Part shown: positions 42,734-56,953 of the stretch, piece after piece
Layout of the letters: each line of letters starts with the position of its first letter
How positions within the stretch are numbered: the first letter of the stretch is position 1
Origin: the human T2T-CHM13v2.0 reference genome, Homo sapiens
Reading direction: 5' to 3' (one strand)
Assembly: GCF_009914755.1 (NCBI RefSeq)
Contig: NC_060948.1
Length of the DNA stretch: 64,000 bases
The notes under the pieces: model-generated
Database searches by the model: none
What the model was told of the DNA's origin: nothing
Seen by the model: only the letters and a program-made list of their open reading frames with translations
Translations under genes and position numbers: made by a program

Positions 42734-45700
42734 TTGAATCGAAAGGAAAGGAAGCGAATGGACTGAAATGAAATGGAATGGAATTGAATGGAAAGTAATG
42801 CAATGGAATAGAATGGAACGAAATTTCACGGAATGGAATCAAACTGAATGGAATCAAATCAATGGAATCTAATCAAATGGAATGGAAAGGAATTGAATGG
42901 AGTAGATTGGATTGGATGGGATTGGAATGAAATGTACTGGAAAGGACTCGAATTTCATGAAACGGAATGGAATGAATTGGAACGGAATGGACTCGAATGG
43001 AATGGAATGTCATGGAATGGCATCGAATGGAATGGCATCAAATGGAATGGAATCGAATGCAATGGAATGTTATGGAATGGAATGGAATGCATTGGAATGG
43101 AATGTCCTCTAATGGAATGGATTCGAGTGGAATGGAATCGAATATAATGGAGTCGAATGAAATGGAATTGAAAGGAATGGGATCGAATAGAATGGAATAT
43201 ACTGGAATGTAATGTAATGAACACGAATGTAATTGACTGGAATGGAATGTACATGAATTGAAGGTAATCGAATGGAAAGTAATCCAATGGAATAGAATCT
43301 AATGCAATAAAACCGAATCAGATAGAGTAGAATGTAATGGAATGGAGTGCAGTGCAATGGAATGGAATGGAATTGAATGCAATGGAATGGAATGGAATGG
43401 AATGGAATGGAATGGAATGGAATGGTATGGAAAGGATAGTAATGGACTGGAGTGAAATGGACTGGAAAGGAATGGACTCAAATTGAAAGGGCTCGAAAGG
43501 AATGGAGTCAAATGGAATGGTCTGGAATGGAATGAACACGAATGTAATGCAATCCAATAGAATGGAATCGAATGGCATGGAATATAAAGAAATGGAATCG
43601 AAGAGAATGAAACAAATGGAATGGAATTGAATGGAATGGAATTGAATGGAATGGGAACGAATGGAGTGAAATTGTATGCAGTAGAAGGGAATAGAATGGA
43701 ATGCAAGCGAAAGGAAAGGAATGGATTGGAATGGAATGGAATTCATTGGAATGGAAGGGAATGTAGTGTAATGGACAGGCCTGGAATAAAGTGGAATGCT
43801 ACGGTCTCGAATGGAATAAAAATGTATGGAATGGAATGCAATGAAACGGAATCGAATGTCATAGAATGTAATGGAATGCAACAAAATGGAATCCAAAATC
43901 ATTGACTGGAAAGGCTGGGTGTCGAAAGGAATTGACTCCAATGGAATGGAATCGAATGGAATGGAAGTGAATAGAATCGAACTAAATCGAATGGAATGGA
44001 ATTGATAGGAACGGAATGGAAAGGAATGCAATGATTTGGCATGGAATGGAATCGAATGGCATCGAATGGAATGGAATGGAATGCAATGGAATGGAATGTA
44101 TTAGAATGTAATGAACTTTAATGGAATGTACTCGAATGGATTCGACTGGAATGGAATGTTCTGGAAGTGAATGGACTCCAATGGAATGGATTCAAAAGGA
44201 ATGGAATCGTACGGAATGGAATCTAATGGAATGGAATTAAATGGAAATGAATCAAATTGAATAGCACGGAATTGAATTGAATGGAATGGAATGCAATGGA
44301 ATCTAATGAAACGGAAAGGAAAGGAATGGAATGGAATGGAATGGGCTGGAATGGAAAGGAATCGAAACGAATGGAATGGAATCGAACTGAAGAGACTGGA
44401 ATGGAATGCACTGGAATGGAAGGGAGTGTAATGGAAGGTTCTCGAAAAAAATGGAATCGAATGGAATGGAATTGAATGGAACGGAATAGAGTCGAATGGA
44501 ATTGAATGGAATGGAATGGACTAGAGTGAAATGGAATCGAACCACAAGGAATAGACAGGAATAGAATGGTCTCGAATTGAATGGAATCGTATGGAATGGC
44601 ATCAAACGGAATGGAATGGACAGCCACGGAATGGAATGCACTCGAATGCAATGGAGTCGAAACTAATGGACTGGAATAGAATGGACTCGACTGGTACGGA
44701 CTCCAATGGAATGGAATCGAATGGAAGGGAATCGAACGGAATGGACTCGAAGGGAAAAGACTGCAATGGAAAGGTCTCGAATGGAATGGAAATTAATGGA
44801 ATGGAATGGAATCGAATGAAATGGAGTCAAAAGGAATGGAATCGAATGGCAAGAAATCGAATGTAATGGAATCGCAAGGAATTGATGTGAACGGAACGGA
44901 ATGGAATGGAATCCAAAGGAATGGAATAGAATGGAATGGAATCGAATGGAAAGGACTCGAATGGAAATCACTCGAATAGAATGCAATTTAATAAAATAGG
45001 ATCAAATGTAATGGAATGGAATGGAAAGGAATCGAAACGAAAGGAATGGAGACAGATGGAATGGAATGGAACAGAGAGCAATGGTATAGAATGGAATGGA
45101 ATCATCTGGAATGGAATTGAATGGAATGGAATAATATGAAATGGAATGGAATGGAATGGAATGGAATGGAATGCCCTTGAATTAAATGGACTGGAATGGA
45201 ATGGACTCGAACAGAGTGGAATGGAAAGTGTTGAGATAGAATGGAATGGACTCCTTTGGAATGGTGTAGTATGCAATGCAATCGACTGGCAGGGAATCAA
45301 AAGGAATGTAATCGAATGGATTGGACTGGAATGCAATGGACTCGAATAGATTGGAAACGGAATGCAAAGGAATGGAATGGAATAGTATGGAATGGAATGG
45401 AAAGGAATGGAGTGGAATAGACTAGAGTGGAATGGAATGGACTGGAAAGCAATGGACTGGAATGGAACTTTCTTGAATGGACTGGAATCAAACGGAATGG
45501 AATGCAATGCAATCAAATGGCATGGAATAAAATAGAATGAAAGAGAATCAAATGGAATTGAATCGAATGGAATCGAATGGATTGTAAAGGAATAGAATGG
45601 AATGGAATGGAATTGACTCAAATGGAATGGACTAGAATGGAATGGATTCGAATGGAAGGCAAAGGAATGGAATCTATTGGAATGGACTGTAATGGAATGG

Positions 45701-46291
45701 AATGGAAGGGATTGGAATGGACTCGAATGGAATGGACTGCAATAGAAAGGATTCGAATGGAATGAAAAAGAATTGAATGGAATAGAACAGAATGGAATCA
45801 AATCGAATGAAATGGAATGGAATAGAAAGGAATGGAATGAAATGGAATGGAAAGGATTCGAATGGAATGCAATCGAATGGAATGGAATCGAACGGAATGG
45901 AATAAAATGGAAGAAAACTGGCAAGAAATGGAATCGAAATGAATGGAGTGTTATGGAACGGACTCAAAAGGAATTGAATGTAATAGAATGGAGTGGAGTG
46001 GACTCGAATATAATGGACTGGAATGGAATGAAATCACATGGAATGGGAACGAATGGAATGGAATGGAAAGGAATGGAATCGAATGGAAAGGAATCGAATG
46101 GAAGGGAATGAAATTGAATCAACAGGAATGGAAGGGAATAGAATAGACGGTAATGGAATGGACTCGAATAGAATGGACACGAATGCTCAAATTGAATGGA
46201 TTCGAATGGAATGGAAACGAAAGGAATGTCATCGAATGGAATTGAATCGATTGGAATGAAATCGCATAGAATGGAGTGGAATCAAATGGAA
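42734..46291 (+). repeat. DYZ1 unit U13 (3,558 bp; private 1-bp deletion)
   Basis: Spacing 43147 to 46705; GAGAATGAAACAAAT at ~43603-43617 versus GAGAATGGAAACAAAT elsewhere. Confidence 0.95.
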
Positions 46292-49200
46292 TTGAATCGA
46301 AAGGAAAGGAAGCGAATGGACTGAAATGAAATGGAATGGAATTGAATGGAAAGTAATGCAATGGAATAGAATGGAACGAAATTTCACGGAATGGAATCAA
46401 ACTGAATGGAATCAAATCAATGGAATCTAATCAAATGGAATGGAAAGGAATTGAATGGAGTAGATTGGATTGGATGGGATTGGAATGAAATGTACTGGAA
46501 AGGACTCGAATTTCATGAAACGGAATGGAATGAATTGGAACGGAATGGACTCGAATGGAATGGAATGTCATGGAATGGCATCGAATGGAATGGCATCAAA
46601 TGGAATGGAATCGAATGCAATGGAATGTTATGGAATGGAATGGAATGCATTGGAATGGAATGTCCTCTAATGGAATGGATTCGAGTGGAATGGAATCGAA
46701 TATAATGGAGTCGAATGAAATGGAATTGAAAGGAATGGGATCGAATAGAATGGAATATACTGGAATGTAATGTAATGAACACGAATGTAATTGACTGGAA
46801 TGGAATGTACATGAATGGAAGGTAATCGAATGGAAAGTAATCCAATGGAATAGAATCTAATGCAATAAAACCGAATCAGATAGAGTAGAATGTAATGGAA
46901 TGGAGTGCAGTGCAATGGAATGGAATGGAATTGAATGCAATGGAATGGAATGGAATGGAATGGAATGGAATGGAATGGAATGGAATGGAATGGTATGGAA
47001 TGGATAGTAATGGACTGGAGTGAAATGGACTGGAAAGGAATGGACTCAAATTGAAAGGGCTCGAAAGGAATGGAGTCAAATGGAATGGTCTGGAATGGAA
47101 TGAACACGAATGTAATGCAATCCAATAGAATGGAATCGAATGGCATGGAATATAAAGAAATGGAATCGAAGAGAATGGAAACAAATGGAATGGAATTGAA
47201 TGGAATGAAATTGAATGGAATGGGAACGAATGGAGTGAAATTGTATGCAGTAGAAGGGAATAGAATGGAATGCAAGCGAAAGGAAAGGAATGGATTGGAA
47301 TGGAATGGAATTCATTGGAATGGAAGGGAATGTAGTGTAATGGACAGGCCTGGAATAAAGTGGAATGCTACGGTCTCGAATGGAATAAAAATGTATGGAA
47401 TGGAATGCAATGAAACGGAATCGAATGTCATAGAATGTAATGGAATGCAACAAAATGGAATCCAAAATCATTGACTGGAAAGGCTGGGTGTCGAAAGGAA
47501 TTGACTCCAATGGAATGGAATCGAATGGAATGGAAGTGAATAGAATCGAACTAAATCGAATGGAATGGAATTGATAGGAACGGAATGGAAAGGAATGCAA
47601 TGATTTGGCATGGAATGGAATCGAATGGCATCGAATGGAATGGAATGGAATGCAATGGAATGGAATGTATTAGAATGGAATGAACTTTAATGGAATGTAC
47701 TCGAATGGATTCGACTGGAATGGAATGTTCTGGAAGTGAATGGACTCCAATGGAATGGATTCAAAAGGAATGGAATCGTACGGAATGGAATCTAATGGAA
47801 TGGAATTAAATGGAAATGAATCAAATTGAATAGCACGGAATTGAATTGAATGGAATGGAATGCAATGGAATCTAATGAAACGGAAAGGAAAGGAATGGAA
47901 TGGAATGGAATGGGCTGGAATGGAAAGGAATCGAAACGAATGGAATGGAATCGAACTGAAGAGACTGGAATGGAATGCACTGGAATGGAAGGGAGTGTAA
48001 TGGAAGGTTCTCGAAAAAAATGGAATCGAATGGAATGGAATTGAATGGAACGGAATAGAGTCGAATGGAATTGAATGGAATGGAATGGACTAGAGTGAAA
48101 TGGAATCGAACCACAAGGAATGGACAGGAATAGAATGGTCTCGAATTGAATGGAATCGTATGGAATGGCATCAAACGGAATGGAATGGACAGCCACGGAA
48201 TGGAATGCACTCGAATGCAATGGAGTCGAAACTAATGGACTGGAATAGAATGGACTCGACTGGTACGGACTCCAATGGAATGGAATCGAATGGAAGGGAA
48301 TCGAACGGAATGGACTCGAAGGGAAAAGACTGCAATGGAAAGGTCTCGAATGGAATGGAAATTAATGGAATGGAATGGAATCGAATGAAATGGAGTCAAA
48401 AGGAATGGAATCGAATGGCAAGAAATCGAATGTAATGGAATCGCAAGGAATTGATGTGAACGGAACGGAATGGAATGGAATCCAAAGGAATGGAATAGAA
48501 TGGAATGGAATCGAATGGAAAGGACTCGAATGGAAATCACTCGAATAGAATGCAATTTAATAAAATAGGATCAAATGTAATGGAATGGAATGGAAAGGAA
48601 TCGAAACGAAAGGAATGGAGACAGATGGAATGGAATGGAACAGAGAGCAATGGTATAGAATGGAATGGAATCATCTGGAATGGAATTGAATGGAATGGAA
48701 TAATATGAAATGGAATGGAATGGAATGGAATGGAATGCCCTTGAATTAAATGGACTGGAATGGAATGGACTCGAACAGAGTGGAATGGAAAGTGTTGAGA
48801 TAGAATGGAATGGACTCCTTTGGAATGGTCTAGTATGCAATGCAATCGACTGTCAGGGAATCAAAAGGAATGTAATCGAATGGATTGGACTGGAATGCAA
48901 TGGACTCGAATAGATTGGAAACGGAATGCAAAGGAATGGAATGGAATAGTATGGAATGGAATGGAAAGGAATGGAGTGGAATAGACTAGAGTGGAATGGA
49001 ATGGACTGGAAAGCAATGGACTGGAATGGAACTTTCTTGAATGGACTGGAATCAAACGGAATGGAATGCAATGCAATCAAATGGCATGGAATAAAATAGA
49101 ATGAAAGAGAATCAAATGGAATTGAATCGAATGGAATCGAATGGATTGTAAAGGAATAGAATGGAATGGAATGGAATTGACTCAAATGGAATGGACTAGA

Positions 49201-49855
49201 ATGGAATGGATTCGAATGGAAGGCAAAGGAATGGAATCTATTGGAATGGACTGTAATGGAATGGAATGGAAGGGATTGGAATGGACTCGAATGGAATGGA
49301 CTGCAATAGAAAGGATTCGAATGGAATGAAAAAGAATTGAATGGAATAGAACAGAATGGAATCAAATCGAATGAAATGGAATGGAATAGAAAGGAATGGA
49401 ATGAAATGGAATGGAAAGGATTCGAATGGAATGCAATCGAATGGAATGGAATCGAACGGAATGGAATAAAATGGAAGAAAACTGGCAAGAAATGGAATCG
49501 AAATGAATGGAGTGTTATGGAACGGACTCAAAAGGAATTGAATGTAATAGAATGGAGTGGAGTGGACTCGAATATAATGGACTGGAATGGAATGAAATCA
49601 CATGGAATGGGAACGAATGGAATGGAATGGAAAGGAATGGACTCGAATGGAAAGGAATCGAATGGAAGGGAATGAAATTGAATCAACAGGAATGGAAGGG
49701 AATAGAATAGACGGTAATGGAATGGACTCGAATAGAATGGACACGAATGCTCAAATTGAATGGATTCGAATGGAATGGAAACGAAAGGAATGTCATCGAA
49801 TGGAATTGAATCGATTGGAATGAAATCGCATAGAATGGAGTGGAATCAAATGGAA
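46292..49855 (+). repeat. DYZ1 unit U14 (3,564 bp)
   Basis: Spacing 46705 to 50269. Confidence 0.95.
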
Positions 49856-52800
49856 TTGAATCGAAAGGAAAGGAAGCGAATGGACTGAAATGAAATGGAA
49901 TGGAATTGAATGGAAAGTAATGCAATGGAATAGAATGGAACGAAATTTCACGGAATGGAATCAAACTGAATGGAATCAAATCAATGGAATCTAATCAAAT
50001 GGAATGGAAAGGAATTGAATGGAGTAGATTGGATTGGATGGGATTGGAATGAAATGTACTGGAAAGGACTCGAATTTCATGAAACGGAATGGAATGAATT
50101 GGAACGGAATGGACTCGAATGGAATGGAATGTCATGGAATGGCATCGAATGGAATGGCATCAAATGGAATGGAATCGAATGCAATGGAATGTTATGGAAT
50201 GGAATGGAATGCATTGGAATGGAATGTCCTCTAATGGAATGGATTCGAGTGGAATGGAATCGAATATAATGGAGTCGAATGAAATGGAATTGAAAGGAAT
50301 GGGATCGAATAGAATGGAATATACTGGAATGTAATGTAATGAACACGAATGTAATTGACTGGAATGGAATGTACATGAATGGAAGGTAATCGAATGGAAA
50401 GTAATCCAATGGAATAGAATCTAATGCAATAAAACCGAATCAGATAGAGTAGAATGTAATGGAATGGAGTGCAGTGCAATGGAATGGAATGGAATTGAAT
50501 GCAATGGAATGGAATGGAATGGAATGGAATGGAATGGAATGGAATGGAATGGTATGGAATGGATAGTAATGGACTGGAGTGAAATGGACTGGAAAGGAAT
50601 GGACTCAAATTGAAAGGGCTCGAAAGGAATGGAGTCAAATGGAATGGTCTGGAATGGAATGAACACGAATGTAATGCAATCCAATAGAATGGAATCGAAT
50701 GGCATGGAATATAAAGAAATGGAATCGAAGAGAATGGAAACAAATGGAATGGAATTGAATGGAATGGAATTGAATGGAATGGGAACGAATGGAGTGAAAT
50801 TGTATGCAGTAGAAGGGAATAGAATGGAATGCAAGCGAAAGGAAAGGAATGGATTGGAATGGAATGGAATTCATTGGAATGGAAGGGAATGTAGTGTAAT
50901 GGACAGGCCTGGAATAAAGTGGAATGCTACGGTCTCGAATGGAATAAAAATGTATGGAATGGAATGCAATGAAACGGAATCGAATGTCATAGAATGTAAT
51001 GGAATGCAACAAAATGGAATCCAAAATCATTGACTGGAAAGGCTGGGTGTCGAAAGGAATTGACTCCAATGGAATGGAATCGAATGGAATGGAAGTGAAT
51101 AGAATCGAACTAAATCGAATGGAATGGAATTGATAGGAACGGAATGGAAAGGAATGCAATGATTTGGCATGGAATGGAATCGAATGGCATCGAATGGAAT
51201 GGAATGGAATGCAATGGAATGGAATGTATTAGAATGGAATGAACTTTAATGGAATGTACTCGAATGGATTCGACTGGAATGGAATGTTCTGGAAGTGAAT
51301 GGACTCCAATGGAATGGATTCAAAAGGAATGGAATCGTACGGAATGGAATCTAATGGAATGGAATTAAATGGAAATGAATCAAATTGAATAGCACGGAAT
51401 TGAATTGAATGGAATGGAATGCAATGGAATCTAATGAAACGGAAAGGAAAGGAATGGAATGGAATGGAATGGGCTGGAATGGAAAGGAATCGAAACGAAT
51501 GGAATGGAATCGAACTGAAGAGACTGGAATGGAATGCACTGGAATGGAAGGGAGTGTAATGGAAGGTTCTCGAAAAAAATGGAATGGAATGGAATGGAAT
51601 TGAATGGAACGGAATAGAGTCGAATGGAATTGAATGGAATGGAATGGACTAGAGTGAAATGGAATCGAACCACAAGGAATGGACAGGAATAGAATGGTCT
51701 CGAATTGAATGGAATCGTATGGAATGGCATCAAACGGAATGGAATGGACAGCCACGGAATGGAATGCACTCGAATGCAATGGAGTCGAAACTAATGGACT
51801 GGAATAGAATGGACTCGACTGGTACGGACTCCAATGGAATGGAATCGAATGGAAGGGAATCGAACGGAATGGACTCGAAGGGAAAAGACTGCAATGGAAA
51901 GGTCTCGAATGGAATGGAAATTAATGGAATGGAATGGAATCGAATGAAATGGAGTCAAAAGGAATGGAATCGAATGGCAAGAAATCGAATGTAATGGAAT
52001 CGCAAGGAATTGATGTGAACGGAACGGAATGGAATGGAATCCAAAGGAATGGAATAGAATGGAATGGAATCGAATGGAAAGGACTCGAATGGAAATCACT
52101 CGAATAGAATGCAATTTAATAAAATAGGATCAAATGTAATGGAATGGAATGGAAAGGAATCGAAACGAAAGGAATGGAGACAGATGGAATGGAATGGAAC
52201 AGAGAGCAATGGTATAGAATGGAATGGAATCATCTGGAATGGAATTGAATGGAATGGAATAATATGAAATGGAATGGAATGGAATGGAATGGAATGCCCT
52301 TGAATTAAATGGACTGGAATGGAATGGACTCGAACAGAGTGGAATGGAAAGTGTTGAGATAGAATGGAATGGACTCCTTTGGAATGGTCTAGTATGCAAT
52401 GCAATCGACTGTCAGGGAATCAAAAGGAATGTAATCGAATGGATTGGACTGGAATGCAATGGACTCGAATAGATTGGAAACGGAATGCAAAGGAATGGAA
52501 TGGAATAGTATGGAATGGAATGGAAAGGAATGGAGTGGAATAGACTAGAGTGGAATGGAATGGACTGGAAAGCAATGGACTGGAATGGAACTTTCTTGAA
52601 TGGACTGGAATCAAACGGAATGGAATGCAATGCAATCAAATGGCATGGAATAAAATAGAATGAAAGAGAATGAAATGGAATTGAATCGAATGGAATCGAA
52701 TGGATTGTAAAGGAATAGAATGGAATGGAATGGAATTGACTCAAATGGAATGGACTAGAATGGAATGGATTCGAATGGAAGGCAAAGGAATGGAATCTAT

Positions 52801-53414
52801 TGGAATGGACTGTAATGGAATGGAATGGAAGGGATTGGAATGGACTCGAATGGAATGGACTGCAATAGAAAGGATTCGAATGGAATGAAAAAGAATTGAA
52901 TGGAATAGAACAGAATGGAATCAAATCGAATGAAATGGAATGGAATAGAAAGGAATGGAATGAAATGGAATGGAAAGGATTCGAATGGAATGCAATCGAA
53001 TGGAATGGAATCGAACGGAATGGAATAAAATGGAAGAAAACTGGCAAGAAATGGAATCGAAATGAATGGAGTGTTATGGAACGGACTCAAAAGGAATTGA
53101 ATGTAATAGAATGGAGTGGAGTGGACTCGAATATAATGGACTGGAATGGAATGAAATCACATGGAATGGGAACGAATGGAATGGAATGGAAAGGAATGGA
53201 ATCGAATGGAAAGGAATCGAATGGAAGGGAATGAAATTGAATCAACAGGAATGGAAGGGAATAGAATAGACGGTAATGGAATGGACTCGAATAGAATGGA
53301 CACGAATGCTCAAATTGAATGGATTCGAATGGAATGGAAACGAAAGGAATGTCATCGAATGGAATTGAATCGATTGGAATGAAATCGCATAGAATGGAGT
53401 GGAATCAAATGGAA
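49856..53414 (+). repeat. DYZ1 unit U15 (3,559 bp)
   Basis: Spacing 50269 to 53828. Confidence 0.95.
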
Positions 53415-56400
53415 TTGAATCGAAAGGAAAGGAAGCGAATGGACTGAAATGAAATGGAATGGAATTGAATGGAAAGTAATGCAATGGAATAGAATGGAAC
53501 GAAATTTCACGGAATGGAATCAAACTGAATGGAATCAAATCAATGGAATCTAATCAAATGGAATGGAAAGGAATTGAATGGAGTAGATTGGATTGGATGG
53601 GATTGGAATGAAATGTACTGGAAAGGACTCGAATTTCATGAAACGGAATGGAATGAATTGGAACGGAATGGACTCGAATGGAATGGAATGTCATGGAATG
53701 GCATCGAATGGAATGGCATCAAATGGAATGGAATCGAATGCAATGGAATGTTATGGAATGGAATGGAATGCATTGGAATGGAATGTCCTCTAATGGAATG
53801 GATTCGAGTGGAATGGAATCGAATATAATGGAGTCGAATGAAATGGAATTGAAAGGAATGGGATCGAATAGAATGGAATATACTGGAATGTAATGTAATG
53901 AACACGAATGTAATTGACTGGAATGGAATGTACATGAATGGAAGGTAATCGAATGGAAAGTAATCCAATGGAATAGAATCTAATGCAATAAAACCGAATC
54001 AGATAGAGTAGAATGTAATGGAATGGAGTGCAGTGCAATGGAATGGAATGGAATTGAATGCAATGGAATGGAATGGAATGGAATGGAATGGAATGGAATG
54101 GTATGGAAAGGATAGTAATGGACTGGAGTGAAATGGACTGGAAAGGAATGGACTCAACTTGAAAGGGCTCGAAAGGAATGGAGTCAAATGGAATGGTCTG
54201 GAATGGAATGAACACGAATGTAATGCAATCCAATAGAATGGAATCGAATGGCATGGAATATAAAGAAATGGAATCGAAGAGAATGGAAACAAATGGAATG
54301 GAATTGAATGGAATGGAATTGAATGGAATGGGAACGAATGGAGTGAAATTGTATGCAGTAGAAGGGAATAGAATGGAATGCAAGCGAAAGGAAAGGAATG
54401 GATTGGAATGGAATGGAATTCATTGGAATGGAAGGGAATGTAGTGTAATGGACAGGCCTGGAATAAAGTGGAATGCTACGGTCTCGAATGGAATAAAAAT
54501 GTATGGAATGGAATGCAATGAAACGGAATCGAATGTCATAGAATGTAATGGAATGCAACAAAATGGAATCCAAAATCATTGACTGGAAAGGCTGGGTGTC
54601 GAAAGGAATTGACTCCAATGGAATGGAATCGAATGGAATGGAAGTGAATAGAATCGAACTAAATCGAATGGAATGGAATTGATAGGAACGGAATGGAAAG
54701 GAATGCAATGATTTGGCATGGAATGGAATCGAATGGCATCGAATGGAATGGAATGGAATGCAATGGAATGGAATGTATTAGAATGTAATGAACTTTAATG
54801 GAATGTACTCGAATGGATTCGACTGGAATGGAATGTTCTGGAAGTGAATGGACTCCAATGGAATGGATTCAAAAGGAATGGAATCGTACGGAATGGAATC
54901 TAATGGAATGGAATTAAATGGAAATGAATCAAATTGAATAGCACGGAATTGAATTGAATGGAATGGAATGCAATGGAATCTAATGAAACGGAAAGGAAAG
55001 GAATGGAATGGAATGGAATGGGCTGGAATGGAAAGGAATCGAAACGAATGGAATGGAATCGAACTGAAGAGACTGGAATGGAATGCACTGGAATGGAAGG
55101 GAGTGTAATGGAAGGTTCTCGAAAAAAATGGAATCGAATGGAATGGAATTGAATGGAACGGAATAGAGTCGAATGGAATTGAATGGAATGGAATGGACTA
55201 GAGTGAAATGGAATCGAACCACAAGGAATGGACAGGAATAGAATGGTCTCGAATTGAATGGAATCGTATGGAATGGCATCAAACGGAATGGAATGGACAG
55301 CCACGGAATGGAATGCACTCGAATGCAATGGAGTCGAAACTAATGGACTGGAATAGAATGGACTCGACTGGTACGGACTCCAATGGAATGGAATCGAATG
55401 GAAGGGAATCGAACGGAATGGACTCGAAGGGAAAAGACTGCAATGGAAAGGTCTCGAATGGAATGGAAATTAATGGAATGGAATGGAATCGAATGAAATG
55501 GAGTCAAAAGGAATGGAATCGAATGGCAAGAAATCGAATGTAATGGAATCGCAAGGAATTGATGTGAACGGAACGGAATGGAATGGAATCCAAAGGAATG
55601 GAATAGAATGGAATGGAATCGAATGGAAAGGACTCGAATGGAAATCACTCGAATAGAATGCAATTTAATAAAATAGGATCAAATGTAATGGAATGGAATG
55701 GAAAGGAATCGAAACGAAAGGAATGGAGACAGATGGAATGGAATGGAACAGAGAGCAATGGTATAGAATGGAATGGAATCATCTGGAATGGAATTGAATG
55801 GAATGGAATAATATGAAATGGAATGGAATGGAATGCCCTTGAATTAAATGGACTGGAATGGAATGGACTCGAACAGAGTGGAATGGAAAGTGTTGAGATA
55901 GAATGGAATGGACTCCTTTGGAATGGTCTAGTATGCAATGCAATCGACTGTCAGGGAATCAAAAGGAAAGTAATCGAATGGATTGGACTGGAATGCAATG
56001 GACTCGAATAGATTGGAAACGGAATGCAAAGGAATGGAATGGAATAGTATGGAATGGAATGGAAAGGAATGGAGTGGAATAGACTAGAGTGGAATGGAAT
56101 GGACTGGAAAGCAATGGACTGGAATGGAACTTTCTTGAATGGACTGGAATCAAACGGAATGGAATGCAATGCAATCAAATGGCATGGAATAAAATAGAAT
56201 GAAAGAGAATCAAATGGAATTGAATCGAATGGAATCGAATGGATTGTAAAGGAATAGAATGGAATGGAATGGAATTGACTCAAATGGAATGGACTAGAAT
56301 GGAATGGATTCGAATGGAAGGCAAAGGAATGGAATCTATTGGAATGGACTGTAATGGAATGGAATGGAAGGGATTGGAATGGACTCGAATGGAATGGACT

Positions 56401-56953
56401 GCAATAGAAAGGATTCGAATGGAATGAAAAAGAATTGAATGGAATAGAACAGAATGGAATCAAATCGAATGAAATGGAATGGAATAGAAAGGAATGGAAT
56501 GAAATGGAATGGAAAGGATTCGAATGGAATGCAATCGAATGGAATGGAATCGAACGGAATGGAATAAAATGGAAGAAAACTGGCAAGAAATGGAATCGAA
56601 ATGAATGGAGTGTTATGGAACGGACTCAAAAGGAATTGAATGTAATAGAATGGAGTGGAGTGGACTCGAATATAATGGACTGGAATGGAATGAAATCACA
56701 TGGAATGGGAACGAATGGAATGGAATGGAAAGGAATGGAATCGAATGGAAAGGAATCGAATGGAAGGGAATGAAATTGAATCAACAGGAATGGAAGGGAA
56801 TAGAATAGACGGTAATGGAATGGACTCGAATAGAATGGACACGAATGCTCAAATTGAATGGATTCGAATGGAATGGAAACGAAAGGAATGTCATCGAATG
56901 GAATTGAATCGATTGGAATGAAATCGCATAGAATGGAGTGGAATCAAATGGAA
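53415..56953 (+). repeat. DYZ1 unit U16 (3,539 bp; -20 in tract 1, -10 in tract 2)
   Basis: Spacing 53828 to 57367; only three GGAAT before GCCCTT at ~55820-55834. Confidence 0.95.
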
